From Caecitellus pseudoparvulus (lineage: Eukaryota; Protista; Bigyra: Bicosoecida): a DNA stretch of 64,000 bases. Location of the stretch: positions 124,001 through 188,000 of the forward strand of contig CBFFRQ010000093.1 of assembly GCA_965644315.1 (NCBI GenBank), in the 5' to 3' direction. This document shows positions 11,701-23,723 of this stretch, in pieces (within the stretch, counting starts at the first letter, position 1; every line of letters begins with the position of its first letter). A model generated the notes under the pieces. The model worked only from the letters and a program-made list of their open reading frames with translations, had not been told where the DNA came from and did no database searches. Both the position numbers and the translations under genes were made by a program.

Positions 11701-14269
11701 GGCTGTACACCTGCGCGTCCAGGCCCGCGAAGGTGGCGTAGGGCAGGCCCGTGGCGATGGCGTCCACCATGTCCCCCAGCACTGCCGCCGCCGCGCCGGC
11801 CGCCTGGTCTTGGTCCTCCCGCACCGCCGCCGTGGCATCCCACGGCTCCCGCGCCCCGAACATGGTGTAGTCCAGGGCGCCGCCAGAGGAGGGCGACAGC
11901 GCCGTCCCCGGCGGCGACGGTGTGCCCTGCAGCGCCGACACGCGGCGCAGGCGCACCTTGAGAGGGAAGGCGTCTGGCGGCCGGCTGGCCGCCTCCTCCA
12001 CAGCACTGAGCGGGGGTGCCAGGAAGGAGCCAGCGTCGGCGGCTTCCTTGGCTGCCTTGGCGGCGGCAGCGGCTGCCTGGCGCTTGGTTTGGGGCGCCGG
12101 CGCGACGACGTCGCCATCGCCGTCGACCGCCGGGCCGGAAGCGCCGGCACCCGGCTCCCCGTCCCCCTCTGCCTGGGGGCGTGGCTGCTTCCACCAGGCG
12201 TCAGCGGGCGGCGCCGGCGCGGAGGCGGCGGTGGCCTTGGCAGCCTCGGCGGCCTTGGCAGCTGCCTCAGCTGCTTCCTTGGCCGCTGCCTCCATGGCCT
12301 GCTGGTGGCGCAGGTCTGCCTGCACGGCGGCCACCTGTGCGCCCACCTCCTGCACAGTGGGCGCTGGCTGCGCACAGGCCATGCCCAAGAAAGCCCGCTG
12401 CGTCGCGTTCAGGGGGCGGCCAGAGGCAGCCAGTGCCGTGAGCATGGGCGTCAGCTGTGACAGCGGCAGGAGGTACCCCTTGCCCTGCCCGCCTGCTGCG
12501 GCGGGCAGGGGCAGCGTGCGGGGGTGCGCTGGGGCGCCGTCGGGGAACAGCTGGAAACCCGTGGGCACCGCGGCGTCTGCGACATCCGCCGGCGTCATGT
12601 CTTCCTCCAGCTCCTCCGCGGAGGGCACGCCAGACTTGGGGGGCGGCCAGGAGGTCACCTCCTCCCACTGCTCAGGCGCGTGGGGCGCCCGGGCCATGGC
12701 GGTGGCCAGCCCCTGCCGCAGCATGGGCATGCCCGCGACGCGCGTGCCGTACGCCTTGCGCTGTGCCAGGCGCAGGGGCGTGTAGGTGTCCCACAGGTTC
12801 GCGACGGAGGCGGTGAGGGAGGGCGGCAGCGGCGCCGGGCAGCCGTCAGGCCCCACCTCGCCGCTCCACCCCGCCTCCTTGTCGCCCTCCCCTGCCGGCA
12901 GCCCGCCCAGCAGGCGCAGCCACACCTTGACGCGGGCCTCCTCGCCGTCTGTCAGCGGGCCCTTGCCGCACAGCCACGCCCTGAAGGCGTGCACGCGGCC
13001 CGCCCCACACACAGCGCGCCCGAGGTCGAAGGCGCAGGTGCCGGATCGCTGCAGGGCCTCCTGCGCCGCTGCCACAAGGGTGTTCACGGGGGACCAGTCA
13101 GCTGGCATGCCGTGCAGGGCGTTGAGCCAGGCGAAGGAGGGGTCCTCGCCACAGTTGGGCCGGCGCTGGGCGCTGGCAGCGCGCGTGGCGGCACGCAGGA
13201 CCATGAGGGGGTGCCGGGAGGCGGCTCCGGCAGCCCCGCCCCGGCGCCCGATGAGGGCACGGGCAGGGGAGGGCAGGCCCCCTTCGTAGGTGCGGCTGAT
13301 GGTGCCGCCTGGGCAGACGTCTGCCATGTTGGGGCGGTTCGTCAGCATGGTCGGCGTCAGGTGCGCCGCCAGCTCCTCAGGCGTCTCCTTGGCGTACTCC
13401 CACGGGCGCTCGGCCCGTGCGACGCGCTCCGGGTCCAGCTGGGCGTACAGGGGCGGGCGGTTGGCTTGGATGAAGTCCGCCACCTTGACGTCGTCGTCCA
13501 CGTCGTCCTCCCACTCCCACGTGCACTCGTTGTAGCCGAGGCTGGTCCACTTGATGAGGAACTGCCGCCGCCGGACGATGCGCACGGTGCTCTTGGAGCC
13601 TTCTGGCACCTCGTACTTTTCGTCCAGGAGGTGGTCAGCCGCCTCCACCCGGTCCACCATGCGCATGCCGATGATGCGGTCCACCTCCACGTAGGCAGGG
13701 TCAAAGTAGTCCACCTCGTCGTCGTTGTCAGCGTTGGCGCGGGCATCTTCGATGGTCTGGTCGCCGCCTTCCTGGATCCACTTCTTGATGAAACGGGACA
13801 GCATGCCTGTGCAGTGCAAAGGCGCAGGTGGGCGTCCGTGGCGGGGGCTGCAGCACGTGCGGGAGGCCAGCAAGGAGCGGTGAAGCTCCATTCAAACCCG
13901 CCCCTGCGGAAATGCGCCCAGTGCGCAGGCGAAAGACAGGCACGCACCTTTCAGGTACTGGCCTCCCGACACAATGGTGAAGTGGTCCATCCATTCTGTG
14001 TTCATGTAGCTCTTGCCGGCGTACTTGATGAGGTACTCGTACTCCTCTGGCTTGTTGACTGTGCCGTCTTCGTGGAGCGGAAACTCCGGCAGGCGCCGGC
14101 GGGCAATGAGGCTCTCCACCTTCAGCTCCTCCACCACTGGCTCCTCGTCGCTCTCACTCTCGCTAACATCACTCTCAGAGATGCCGTAGTCGTACTGGTC
14201 TGCGTTGTAGCTGGTGGTCGCGCGGCGCCCTGACGCCGTCATGCGCACGGTGTCTTCATCATCCGACAT
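5789..14269 (-). CDS. CHD-family chromatin remodeller (two chromodomains, SNF2 ATPase, HelicC, ARID, extended PHD); intron 13807-13947
   Basis: Chromo motifs EYEYLIKYAGKSYMNTEW and QFLIKWTSLGYNECTWE. Helicase motifs ILADEMGLGKT, VVDEGHRL, LLTGTPLQNN, FDSDWNPQND and ARAHRIGQ. ARID motif LDLWQLWKEVARFNGF...LRSLFQKYLL. ePHD motif KCAGCKLSGATIGCHVRRCGRSFHLKCA. Confidence 0.92.
7776..7820. repeat. (CCCTTG)n coding microsatellite (KG repeat in the CHD protein)
   Basis: Repeated TTGCCC units encode KGKGKGKGRGKGKG on the minus strand. Confidence 0.8.
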
Positions 14270-14400
14270 GACTGACGCGGTTTGAACACAGCACACACGT
14301 CAATGCCGGCCTTGGAGTCCTCCAAGCAGCAGCCGTAGGCTCAGCGCAGCCGTGGCAGCGCCGCTCGCTGCTCGGGAAACATGCATTTTGCGCCGGCTGC

Positions 14401-16323
14401 CTACTTGGCCTGGCGTGGCGACGCGGCGCTGGCGCTGGGCGGCCTGGGCCCCCACCCATGAGCTCGCATCCACCACAGCGTGTGGGCCCTGCCAGCGAAG
14501 AAGGCCCCCCACCACTGCTCTGGGTCCACGGGCATGAGGGCGGAAATGGCGGCCCACCCGCCGAACGCCATGTCGCGGTCGACGTCAAAGGCGCAGGGGC
14601 CAGGCGAGGCGGCACCGGCCTGCTGCGGCAGGGGTGTGCCAGTCCCAGCGCCGGCATGCATGCAGTCGCTGTCCCGCAGCTCGAAGGGCGGGGAGATGGT
14701 GCCGAAGCCCGGCGCGGGGCACACCGTGGCTGTGAAGCCGTCCACGCTGGGGTCGAAGACGGAGGTGGGGGGCGGCGTGCCGCCCGGCCCCAGCCCCGCC
14801 ATCCACACCCACTCCACATCCCCATGCCAGCGGGGGAAGTTGTCCGTCAAGGCGCCGTCGAACATGAGGCTGGTGGCGTGCCGGACGGAGGAGGGCGCCG
14901 CCGCCTGCCCTGCCCGCTGCCGCGCCGCCGGGTGCTGCGCATGCACCAAGTGTTCTGGCAAGGGCTTGCCCACAGGCCCCCCCGAGTACCCTGGCACGTG
15001 GCAGGACGCCTCCACCGTCGCGATGAGGCTGTCCCGGGAAGGGAACTCCGTCACGTGCGCCCTGTGCGGCAGCAGGTCCTCCCCCAGAATGTGCTGGAAG
15101 CCCAGCTGGTGCAAGGGGCTGGGCTGGGGGGGCGGGGGGGGCTCCTCGTCCCCCCCCTCCCCGTTGGTGGGCGAGGGGGGGTCCACCTCCCCCGGCGGCG
15201 CAGTGGAGGACACCACCACCTTCAGGCGGTGGTGCAGGCGGCTATGGGCGTCTGGCGGCGTCAGGTTGTGCAGCCCCTCTGCCAGGATGCGCGTCATGTG
15301 GGAGATAGGCCCCAGCACCTGCCCGTTGGCGTCCGCCCACTGTTCAAAGCAGCGCACGAGGGCGTCAGAGGTGAGGGCGCCCGAGCCCGCCGTGGCGGCG
15401 ACGATGGCGCCGGAGCTCGTGCCGCACAGCCGCACAGAGGGGTGTGTGAGGTCCCACCGCTCCCGCAGCGCGCTGACGGCGCCCAGGTGGTACACCGCCA
15501 TCCACGCCACGCCAGCGAAGGAGAAGACAGGTGCCCCGTCGAAGCCGGGTGTGGGCAGCCACGCGCAGTGCGGCGACACCGTGCGTGGCTGTGTCGTCGC
15601 GTACTGCGTGAGGGCGGCCAGGGGCTGCGGCAGGGCGCCTGCGGCGTGCCAGGCTGCCAGGCGCCCCCCCAACCAGTCCCGCCACTCCCGCAGGTCAGCG
15701 GTGCAGAACGCAGGGGGGGAGGGGGGGGCCACGGAGCCGTACATCACATCCGCCACGTGGCTGTCCCTGCCGGGGATGGCGAACAGGTCCGCCGTGGCCA
15801 GTGCACTGTGTGGGATGCCCACCGCGTGCTTGGCCAAGCTGGGGAAGGCTCGCAGAGCCTTGGCCATGTACAGGTACAGCAGCGGGTCCCCCGCGCCGTC
15901 CAGCGTGCCGTGTTGCCAGCAGCTGGGGGCCAGGTGTTTGCGGAAGGCCTGCAAGGGCGGGGACACCTGCATGGGGGCCGCCTCCACTCTCAGCCGCAAG
16001 TTTGGCGCGGGCACGGGCAAGTCCCGTGGGCGCTTGCCGACCAACCATCCCAGCACGCCATTCAGCGCATTCAGGACGGACGACATGGCTGAGACGCTGC
16101 CAGAAAACGTGTTTAGCACGATGAGGAAAGCAGTCATCTTAGCTGAGCGATACAGCTGCCGGGAGCCATGCACCTGCACGAAGCGGCGCGGTGGGTGTGG
16201 CTCGATGGCTGTGCGGTGCCCTGCGGAAATTGCCGCTGCTCTCACTCGCTGAGCCACGACCAGCACGACGCCGACCACAACAGCCGCCAGGAGGAAGTGC
16301 CGCACAGAACCCTTCGCATTCAT
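14401..16323 (-). CDS. Patatin-like phospholipase (PNPLA-like) with N-terminal hydrophobic anchor
   Basis: FSFAGVAWMAVYHLGAV (degenerate Gly-rich loop), nucleophile motif GTSSG, ASCHVPGYSG and catalytic DGA. The likely start is MNAKGSVRHFLLAAVVVGVVLVV. Confidence 0.8.
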   Translation of the reverse strand: MNAKGSVRHFLLAAVVVGVVLVVAQRVRAAAISAGHRTAIEPHPPRRFVQVHGSRQLYRSAKMTAFLIVLNTFSGSVSAMSSVLNALNGVLGWLVGKRPRDLPVPAPNLRLRVEAAPMQVSPPLQAFRKHLAPSCWQHGTLDGAGDPLLYLYMAKALRAFPSLAKHAVGIPHSALATADLFAIPGRDSHVADVMYGSVAPPSPPAFCTADLREWRDWLGGRLAAWHAAGALPQPLAALTQYATTQPRTVSPHCAWLPTPGFDGAPVFSFAGVAWMAVYHLGAVSALRERWDLTHPSVRLCGTSSGAIVAATAGSGALTSDALVRCFEQWADANGQVLGPISHMTRILAEGLHNLTPPDAHSRLHHRLKVVVSSTAPPGEVDPPSPTNGEGGDEEPPPPPQPSPLHQLGFQHILGEDLLPHRAHVTEFPSRDSLIATVEASCHVPGYSGGPVGKPLPEHLVHAQHPAARQRAGQAAAPSSVRHATSLMFDGALTDNFPRWHGDVEWVWMAGLGPGGTPPPTSVFDPSVDGFTATVCPAPGFGTISPPFELRDSDCMHAGAGTGTPLPQQAGAASPGPCAFDVDRDMAFGGWAAISALMPVDPEQWWGAFFAGRAHTLWWMRAHGWGPRPPSASAASPRQAK

Positions 16324-16719
16324 GGTTGCGCTGAGGTGTGCCGCCTTGCTTGCCACTTGGCCTGCGCCTTTGCTCTGTGCAGCGTCGACAACACGCGAGG
16401 GTGGGCGTGCGTGGAAACGTCCGGGACACCCCGCCGAAGCTCGGACGCTGGGAGGTGGAGGGGGGCAGGGAGGGAGTTGAGGAGCGGCGGAAAATGTGCA
16501 CAGCGTGCAGGTCCTGCTGGCCTGTGCCGTGTTCGCGTGAAAAATGACGGGGACAGCAGGTAGTCGACAAACAAGAGACGTGCCAAGAAGGACAAGCTCA
16601 ATTGTTGCACGAAGAGACGAAACATCCAACAGTTTGACGTCACCCAAGTCTTCACGAGACTCAAAACCCCAGTGCTCCTGCGCATGTCACGAACCCCATG
16701 CTGCCCAGACAGCAGCTGC

Positions 16720-18969
16720 ATGGGCAGCATGGCAGGGGCGGGTGACAGCCAGGCCTGTGTGCGGGTGCATGTGCTACCCGGCGCAGCACATGGCCTGGGC
16801 AACTCAGCGGCAGTAGCTCTGCACGCGCCATGGCTGGAGGACCCCATGGTGGTGCTGCTGCTGGACTGCGGGGAGGGCACGCGCAGACAGTGCAACGAAG
16901 CGCGCATGAAGTTGAAGCAGTGCCTGGGCATGGTGCTGACGGGGGCGGGCGCCCGGTGCACCAGTGGCCTGAGCAGCACGCTGTTTCACCTCAGTGACGC
17001 CGGCGCGGGGGAGGTGGTGGTGGCTGGGCCACAGGAGGCCCGGCCGGCCATGGAGGCTACCATGCTGTTGTTCGGGCGCAAACACCCCGTCGTGACGCAG
17101 CAGGTCATTTCAGAGCCGGGGTGGGTGGCGGTGGCCAGCGCCTCTTTCGTGGTGGGGCATGTGCACGAGGTGTCTGTGCGGGTGGGGGGGTGTTGCGTCT
17201 CCCCAGGCGTGTGCAGGTACCATGTGGGAGTGAGCATCGGGAGCGTCCTGCACCCAGGCCGGGGCAAGCAGCAGGTGGCGGACCTCATGCTGCATGGGGC
17301 TTGGGAGGCAGAACCAATTACCGCAGGCTGCCTGGCAGCCGTGCACGACCCCAGCGCCTTGAGCATCTCCAGCGACGACAGCTCGACCAGCGGAGCAAGC
17401 GACACATCGTCTGAGGGAGGCGACACCTCCGACACGAGTTCCGTCGCGAGCGGCAGCAGCGCCTCGGAGGCAGCCGACGGGAGCAGCCTGCGGCAAATAG
17501 TGCACGCTGGGCGAGCTGGGGAGGCAGCGCCGGCTGTGCACACTGTGCTGCTGCCACTGTACAAGTCGTATGTGCAGCAGGTGTTTGCAGCAGCTGTGTG
17601 TGCGGCGGGCGGCTTTCGCTCCTACCACGTGCCTGTCGCACTGCCTGGCAAGAGCGAGCAGGAGCCAAACGCCGGCAGTGGGCAGGATGCACAAGAAGCT
17701 GTCGGCAGCGAAGGGTGTGGTGAAGCATCTGACAAGCACCGTTCCTTGCTGTCTCGCGCAGATGCAGCGGTCCAGGGCGCTGGCAGTCCTGAGGAAGCCC
17801 TGCAGCTGCTGCGTTGCATTGGGAGGCAGGCGGCGTTGCGCGCCGTGGCAGCTCACGACGCGCAGCAGCTGCAGGACAGTGAGGGCAGTGCAGATGCAGC
17901 TGCATGTGCAACGCCATCCCGTGTGGGTGGCGTGAAGCGCCAGCGCCCTGCAGCTGCCGAGCCCCCGTGGCCAGGGTGTGAGCTGGCGGTTTCTGTGCTG
18001 GGCACTGGCGCTGCAACGCCAAGCGCCCTGCGAGGCAACACGGCCTTGCTGCTGAGCATGGTGCACCGTGGCGACACAAGCAGCAGTGCAGATGCAAGCT
18101 TCGTGATGCTGGATTGTGGGGAGGGGGCGGTGTGCGCGCTGCAGCGGCTGGCGCCGGGGCTGGTGGGCGGCTTGTGTGAGGAGGGTGTCAGCCCCCTGCA
18201 CTTCATTCTGCGGCGGCTGGCAGCGGTGTGGATCAGCCACCACCACGCCGACCACGTGTCAGGCCTGCCCCTGCTGCTGCAGTGCCGGGCGGAGGCGTGG
18301 GGGGGTACCGCCCCACCGCCCCTCCCCGTCACCATCCCACACACCCTGCGAGCCGCGGCAGCACACTGGAGCGCGGGGCCTGCTGCGAGCGTGACGTGGG
18401 CCGCCCACTCCACACACAGCGTGGAGGTGGCGCGCGTGGCTGGCGGCACTGCCCTGCACCTGGCCAGTGTGCCAGTGCGGCACTGTGCAGGGGCCATGGC
18501 TGCGCTGGTCACGGCACAGGCCGGGTCACACCAACGCAGACTGGTGTTCTCGGGCGACACCATGCCCTGCACGCGCCTGTGCGCGGCGGCGGCCGGCTGC
18601 CACCTCCTCGTGCACGAGGCGACGTTTGAGTGCGAGGAGGCAGAGCAGGCTGCACGCAAGCGCCACAGCACGGTGGCGCAGGCTGTGGCGGCGGGGCAGG
18701 CAGTGCACGCGTCAGGCGTGTTGCTGACGCACTTCAGTCAGCGGTACAGCGCGGTGGCGCCGGAGTGCCCTGAGGCGCTGCCTGGCACGGCCGTGCCAGT
18801 GGCGCCAGCGTACGATGGAGTCGTGGTGCCGTGGCATGGTGACGAGGACATGTGCCGTGCGCTGGAGGGCGCGCGTCGTGTGCATGAGGCGTGGCGGGGG
18901 GAGGTGGAGGGTGGGTGCTTGCCAGGCGAGCAGGGGGCCGCTGGCGCCACAACTCAAACGCCCGCATAG
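16720..18969 (+). CDS. ELAC2: tRNase Z, long form (ELAC2-like)
   Basis: N-terminal pseudo-motif LLDCGEGTRR. C-terminal LDCGEG, ISHHHADH, VFSGDT, HEATF, HST and LTHFSQRY. Confidence 0.88.
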   Translation: MGSMAGAGDSQACVRVHVLPGAAHGLGNSAAVALHAPWLEDPMVVLLLDCGEGTRRQCNEARMKLKQCLGMVLTGAGARCTSGLSSTLFHLSDAGAGEVVVAGPQEARPAMEATMLLFGRKHPVVTQQVISEPGWVAVASASFVVGHVHEVSVRVGGCCVSPGVCRYHVGVSIGSVLHPGRGKQQVADLMLHGAWEAEPITAGCLAAVHDPSALSISSDDSSTSGASDTSSEGGDTSDTSSVASGSSASEAADGSSLRQIVHAGRAGEAAPAVHTVLLPLYKSYVQQVFAAAVCAAGGFRSYHVPVALPGKSEQEPNAGSGQDAQEAVGSEGCGEASDKHRSLLSRADAAVQGAGSPEEALQLLRCIGRQAALRAVAAHDAQQLQDSEGSADAAACATPSRVGGVKRQRPAAAEPPWPGCELAVSVLGTGAATPSALRGNTALLLSMVHRGDTSSSADASFVMLDCGEGAVCALQRLAPGLVGGLCEEGVSPLHFILRRLAAVWISHHHADHVSGLPLLLQCRAEAWGGTAPPPLPVTIPHTLRAAAAHWSAGPAASVTWAAHSTHSVEVARVAGGTALHLASVPVRHCAGAMAALVTAQAGSHQRRLVFSGDTMPCTRLCAAAAGCHLLVHEATFECEEAEQAARKRHSTVAQAVAAGQAVHASGVLLTHFSQRYSAVAPECPEALPGTAVPVAPAYDGVVVPWHGDEDMCRALEGARRVHEAWRGEVEGGCLPGEQGAAGATTQTPA

Positions 18970-19064
18970 CCACCCACACCCCACCCATGTGCGCGCACAC
19001 GTGCCAATCCACCCCACCCCACTCCGCCTGGTGCCACCCCCCCCACGCACTGTCGGAGCCGGCC

Positions 19065-19930
19065 ATGGCTGACGCAAGCGGTGCCGCCACGAGCAGCAAG
19101 CCCGCAGGCACCGGCAACGCCCTGGACAACGCAGCAGAGCACTACAAGTGGGCCAGCACCATCTCCTCTACACGGCAGGAGTTGGACCGGCTGGGCGCCG
19201 TGCAGGGGCCTTCGGAGCTGACCGAGGCGTCGCCTGCTCCCAGCGCCAGCAGCGCCGGGTCGGCCTGGAACCAGGGCGGCACTTGGTGCGTGGAAATTCG
19301 GCGCCTTTCACGCAGACGGCATGGCCACCGCACTCCGCACGTGCACGGCCTCGCTCAGGGAAGACGCGGAAATCACAGGCAAGGCGACGGCAGCGCTGAA
19401 GGAGCGCTTCAAGGCGTTCAGCAAGGCTGTCAGCGTCGGCGGCACGGCAGGCACGCTGCAGTTCCTCAAGGTGCCCCGCTGCGAAGGCACCGTCACAATC
19501 ATTTACAGTCGGGGAAAGGTGAGTGCAAGCATGCAGCACCATCGTGTGGATCGGCAGCTGCACTGGGATTGTCTGCAGCAGGTGTCCACAGCGTGCAGGG
19601 CGCATTTGTGCCGGCGTCGGCCTGCGGACATGAAACGGGTGCCGAAACGCCGGGCACGCGCCCCCCCTCCCCTGCCCTCTGCAGGCCCGCCCTGGCTACG
19701 AACTGAAGCTGACCGCATCCTGGCAAGTGACCTCTGAAGACGGCTCAGTGCTGGGCAAGGGCAAGTTGCTCATGGAGGAGGGCGACGAGACAGACCTGGG
19801 CGAGCATGAATTCGAGGTGACCGGCAGCGACGGCGGCGCCGTGGCTGACTGCAAGCGCGCCGTGAAGGGCGCCCTGGGCGACGTCAACGGCCTCATGAGC
19901 GAGTGGTTCGAGAGCCTCAAGAGCCTGTAG
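19065..19930 (+). CDS. Aha1 N-domain (Hsp90 ATPase activator-like) protein; two introns (first 19286-19358)
   Basis: SAWNQGGTW|EDAEIT matches the Aha1-N WNxxxTWEE-type motif. It is followed by CEGTVTIIYSRGK...GYELKLTASW...GKGKLLMEE. Confidence 0.7.
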
Positions 19931-19952
19931 GGCAGCCCCGCCAATGCAGCCC

Positions 19953-21152
19953 TCACTCCCGCTCCAGCGCCTCCAGCGCCGCCGTCTCCTCTGCACTGCG
20001 CAGCGCCGCCCAGAAATCCTCCAGCAGCTCCCCCTGCAGCATGGCAGTCATGCCGTGCTTGCTCAGGGCCACGCGGTGGTCCGTAATGCGGTCCTGTGCG
20101 AAGTTGTACGTCCGGATGCGCTGGCTGCGGTCGCCGCTGCCCACCATGTCCTTGCGCAGAGCCGCCCGCTCACTGGCCACCGCCTCCTGCTGTGCCGCGT
20201 ACACCCGCGCCCGTAGCAGGGACAGGGCCCGAGCCTTGTTCTGGTGCTGGCTGCGCTCGTCTTGGCACTGCACCACGGTGCCCGTGGGCAGGTGCGTCAC
20301 ACGCACGGCACTGTCCGTCGTGTTCACGTGCTGGCCCCCTGCGCCGCTAGCACGGTACGTCTCCACACGCAGGTCTGCCGGGCGCAGCTGCACATCCACC
20401 TCCTCCGCCTTGGGGAGCACCGCCACCGTCATGGCTGACGTGTGCACCCGGCCCGTGGACTCGGTCGCGGGCACGCGCTGGACACGGTGTCCCCCCACCT
20501 CCCACCGCAGCTGGCCGAAGGCGCCGTCGCCTGACACCTCTGCGATGCCTTCCTTCAGCCCGCCCTCGTCAGTGGGGGATGTGCTCAGGACACTCCAGGT
20601 CCACCCCGCCCGCTTGGCGTACCCCTCGTACATGCGGAACACCTCCCCCGCGAACAACGCCGCCTCTGCGCCACCACTGCCCGCACGCACCTCCACGATG
20701 GCGTCCCGCATGTCTGCCTCGTCGCTGGGCAGCATGGCCACGCGCACAGCGTGCTCGGCCGCCGCCAGGGCCTCTGCTGCCGCGGGCTCCTCCCCTGCTG
20801 CCATGTCCGCTAGGGCGCTGTCCTCACTGGATGCGTCAGGGGCACTGCCAGCGTCCATGAGGTCACGCAGGTCCTGCCACTCGGCCAGGGCGCCTTCGTA
20901 CTCGTGGATGGCGGCGACCTTGCGGGACAGGGCGGCGTGGTGCCGGGACACTCGAGCCAGGGCGGCCGGCTCCACACTGCCGGACATGAGTTCGCCCTCC
21001 ACCGCCGCGAACTCCGCCTTGACGCTGTCCAGGCGCTGCATGATGGCGGCGGAGAGAATGCCCCGGGCAGGCGCCGCGCACAGGGCTGCCAGCCACCTGT
21101 TCGCATACGGCAAAGTGCCTGCCCACGACCGCTGGGAAGTCAGCCTGTACAT
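19953..21152 (-). CDS. prfA: Organellar (probably mitochondrial) peptide chain release factor 1
   Basis: [21 protein letters not shown] (PxT, RF1 type), [17 protein letters not shown] and RIRTYNF. The start [10 protein letters not shown]... resembles a mitochondrial presequence. Confidence 0.9.
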   Translation of the reverse strand: MYRLTSQRSWAGTLPYANRWLAALCAAPARGILSAAIMQRLDSVKAEFAAVEGELMSGSVEPAALARVSRHHAALSRKVAAIHEYEGALAEWQDLRDLMDAGSAPDASSEDSALADMAAGEEPAAAEALAAAEHAVRVAMLPSDEADMRDAIVEVRAGSGGAEAALFAGEVFRMYEGYAKRAGWTWSVLSTSPTDEGGLKEGIAEVSGDGAFGQLRWEVGGHRVQRVPATESTGRVHTSAMTVAVLPKAEEVDVQLRPADLRVETYRASGAGGQHVNTTDSAVRVTHLPTGTVVQCQDERSQHQNKARALSLLRARVYAAQQEAVASERAALRKDMVGSGDRSQRIRTYNFAQDRITDHRVALSKHGMTAMLQGELLEDFWAALRSAEETAALEALERE

Positions 21153-21458
21153 GCTGCACCCGCTACCTCCGCACAGGGCTTCCGCCGGCAAGATTGGGTT
21201 CTTGTACGGCAAGCAGGTGGGCATCCAGTCTTTCGCACAGGTCCTGCCCTGCGAGGTGCAGAGGCATTTTGGCGCCCGGAAGGCAATGGGGGGTAGCGCA
21301 ATTTCCGCAGGCGCACCACGCTCGCCAAGCGCACAGGCACAGCTGGAGAGAGAGACACAATTCCTCACACTCCCATGTGCACGGCTGTGGACATGAATGC
21401 GAGGCATCCCACGCGTTGCCGCCGCCCCCCCCCCCACACTTGGCGCCCCGTCGCCGCC

Positions 21459-23723
21459 ATGTCGGCCCGAAACAAGCACGTGGGGTACGACCCTGACGAT
21501 CTGGACGACGGTGAGGCGCGCCCACCTGCCCCGCCAGCGCGCGCACGCGGCACCCTCTGGGCCACCCTGCACGCCCCTGCCTCGCACCGCGACAGATGGC
21601 TTCAGCGACGATGGGTACAGCGACGAGGAGTACTCCAAGTACGCCCATGACCCGGACATCGGTGGGTGCTGGGCAGCGTCGAAACGCAGTCGAAACGAGG
21701 CCGCCCCTGCGCCCCAGCGCCGCGCAGCCTCCCACCGCCCGCTGCCTGCCCACGCCCAGACATCATCAACTCCATGTACGACGGCGTGCAGGAGGCAGCC
21801 CCCCACGCGACGGAGGACGAGGTGGTGGCTGCTCTGCGAGACTGCCAGTACGACCCTGCCCGGGCTGTGGCAGCGCTCACCGCCTCCGCCGCCCCTGCGC
21901 CGTCCGGGCAGTTGGACGTGGCGTCCCTGCTCATGGCGCAGTCCCCCGCCGCCGCACAGCGCCGCCCATCGCCCTCCAAGAAGCACCAGCCCAAGGCTGG
22001 TGTGGGCGACCTGCTCAGCTTGATGGCTGAGGGCGGCGGCGGTGCTGGGGCGCCGGCTGCCGCGCCAGGCGTCACGGTGACTGGCAAGGGGCGCGCCCTG
22101 CAAACCATCGCACGCCCAGTGGACCTGCCGCCGCCCACAGCACCTGCGCCTGCGCCTGCTGCCGCACCCCCCCTGCCGGCGGCCCCTGCCCCCCCCTCCG
22201 TCCAGCGATCCGCCAGCACTGGCAGTGTGGCTGCAGCGGCGGCGGCGGGGGGTAGTGCTGGTGTTGCCAAGGCCAAGAGTGGCCCAGCCTTCCCCGAGGT
22301 GGTGGGGTCCCTGCCGCCTCTGCCTGAGGACGTCAAGGCGGGTGTCGCGGCAGCCAAGCCTGTGATGAACCTGGTGGTGGTGGGGCACGTGGACTCGGGC
22401 AAGAGCACGACCATGGGTCGTTTCCTGGTGGAGGTGGGCCAGGTGTCCAGCCGCACCATCAAGAAGTACCGCGACGTGGCGGCGACACACGGCAAGGCCT
22501 CCTTTGCGTACGCGTGGGTGATGGATGAGGGGGATGAGGAGCGCGCCCGGGGCGTGACGGTGGACGTCGCCCTGAAGCACTTCGACACGCCAGGCAAGCA
22601 CTTCACCATCCTGGACGCGCCGGGGCACGCGGACTTCGTGCCCAACATGATCGCCGGCGCGGCGCAAGCAGACATCGCCATCCTCCTCGTCAGCGCTGTG
22701 GAGTCGGAGTACACCGCCGGGTTCGCGTCAGGCAAGGGACAGACTCGTGAGCACGCGCTGCTGGTGCGCAGCTTCGGCATCAGCCAGATCATCGTGGCGG
22801 TGAACAAGATGGACGAGGTGGGCTGGGACAAGGAGCGGTACTACGCCATCAACACGGCCGTGGCGAAGTTCCTCGGCACCTGCGGCTTCAAGCGCTCCAA
22901 TGTTACCTTCGTGCCCATCTCAGGGCTGAACGCACTGAACCTGGTGGCGCCAGTCAGCGCGGCACAGGGCCCAGGCACGCCCCTGGCCGCGCCCTCTGGC
23001 GGCGGCGCCAGTGCCGAGGCCCCTGCGCCACCAGCGCCAGAATTCGTGCCTGAGGCCAGCTGGTACACTGGCCCGACGTTGCTGGGGGCGCTGGACGCGG
23101 CACGCGTGCCCAAGCGGGCAGTGGAGGCCCCCCTACGCTTTTGCATTTGGGATGTGTTCCGGGACAAGGGCTTGACCGTCACGGGGCGCATTGAGGCGGG
23201 CGTGCTGCAGCAGCACACGAGCGTGGTGGTGCACCCGAATGACGCGGCCGGCAGCGTGAAGTCCATCTCCTGCAGGGGGCAGGCGACACGGTGGGCAGCA
23301 GCAGGGGACATCGTGGATGTCGTCCTGGGAGGCGGGCTGGACGAGCACACGGTGGGCCCCGGCAAGGTGCTGACGCTGCCGTCCCACCCAGTGCCGGTGG
23401 TGACCAAATTCCGCGCACAAGTGCTCACGCTGCACGCGCTGCAGGTGCCCCTCGTCAAGGGCCAGCGCCTGACCCTGCACACGCAGAGCGTGGAGGTGCC
23501 CGTCACCGTCACCAAGCTCATGTACACGATGGACCGCAAGGGGCAGTGCACCGCCATCAAGCCCCGCCTGGTCACGCGGGACTGCACGGCAGTGCTCAAG
23601 CTGACGCTGGGCAAGCCCACGCCGCTGGAGCTGTACTCCACGAACAAGCGCATGGGGCGCTTCACCCTGCGGTACTCCGGCACCACCGTGGCCGCTGGCA
23701 TGGTGATCAAGATCTCAGGGTGA
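21459..23723 (+). CDS. HBS1: HBS1-like translational GTPase (ribosome rescue); two 5' introns
   Basis: MSARNKHVGYDPDDLDD start and UBA/CUE-like EVVAALRDCQYDPARAV. G motifs GHVDSGKST, ERARGVT, DAPGH and NKMD. C-terminal MGRFTLRYSGTTVAAG. Confidence 0.9.

Noticed and set aside
19953-22667. 904-aa ORF suggesting an RF1 with a huge N-terminal extension
   Set aside because: The upstream part is the antisense shadow of HBS1; RF1 similarity is confined to about 19953-21152.
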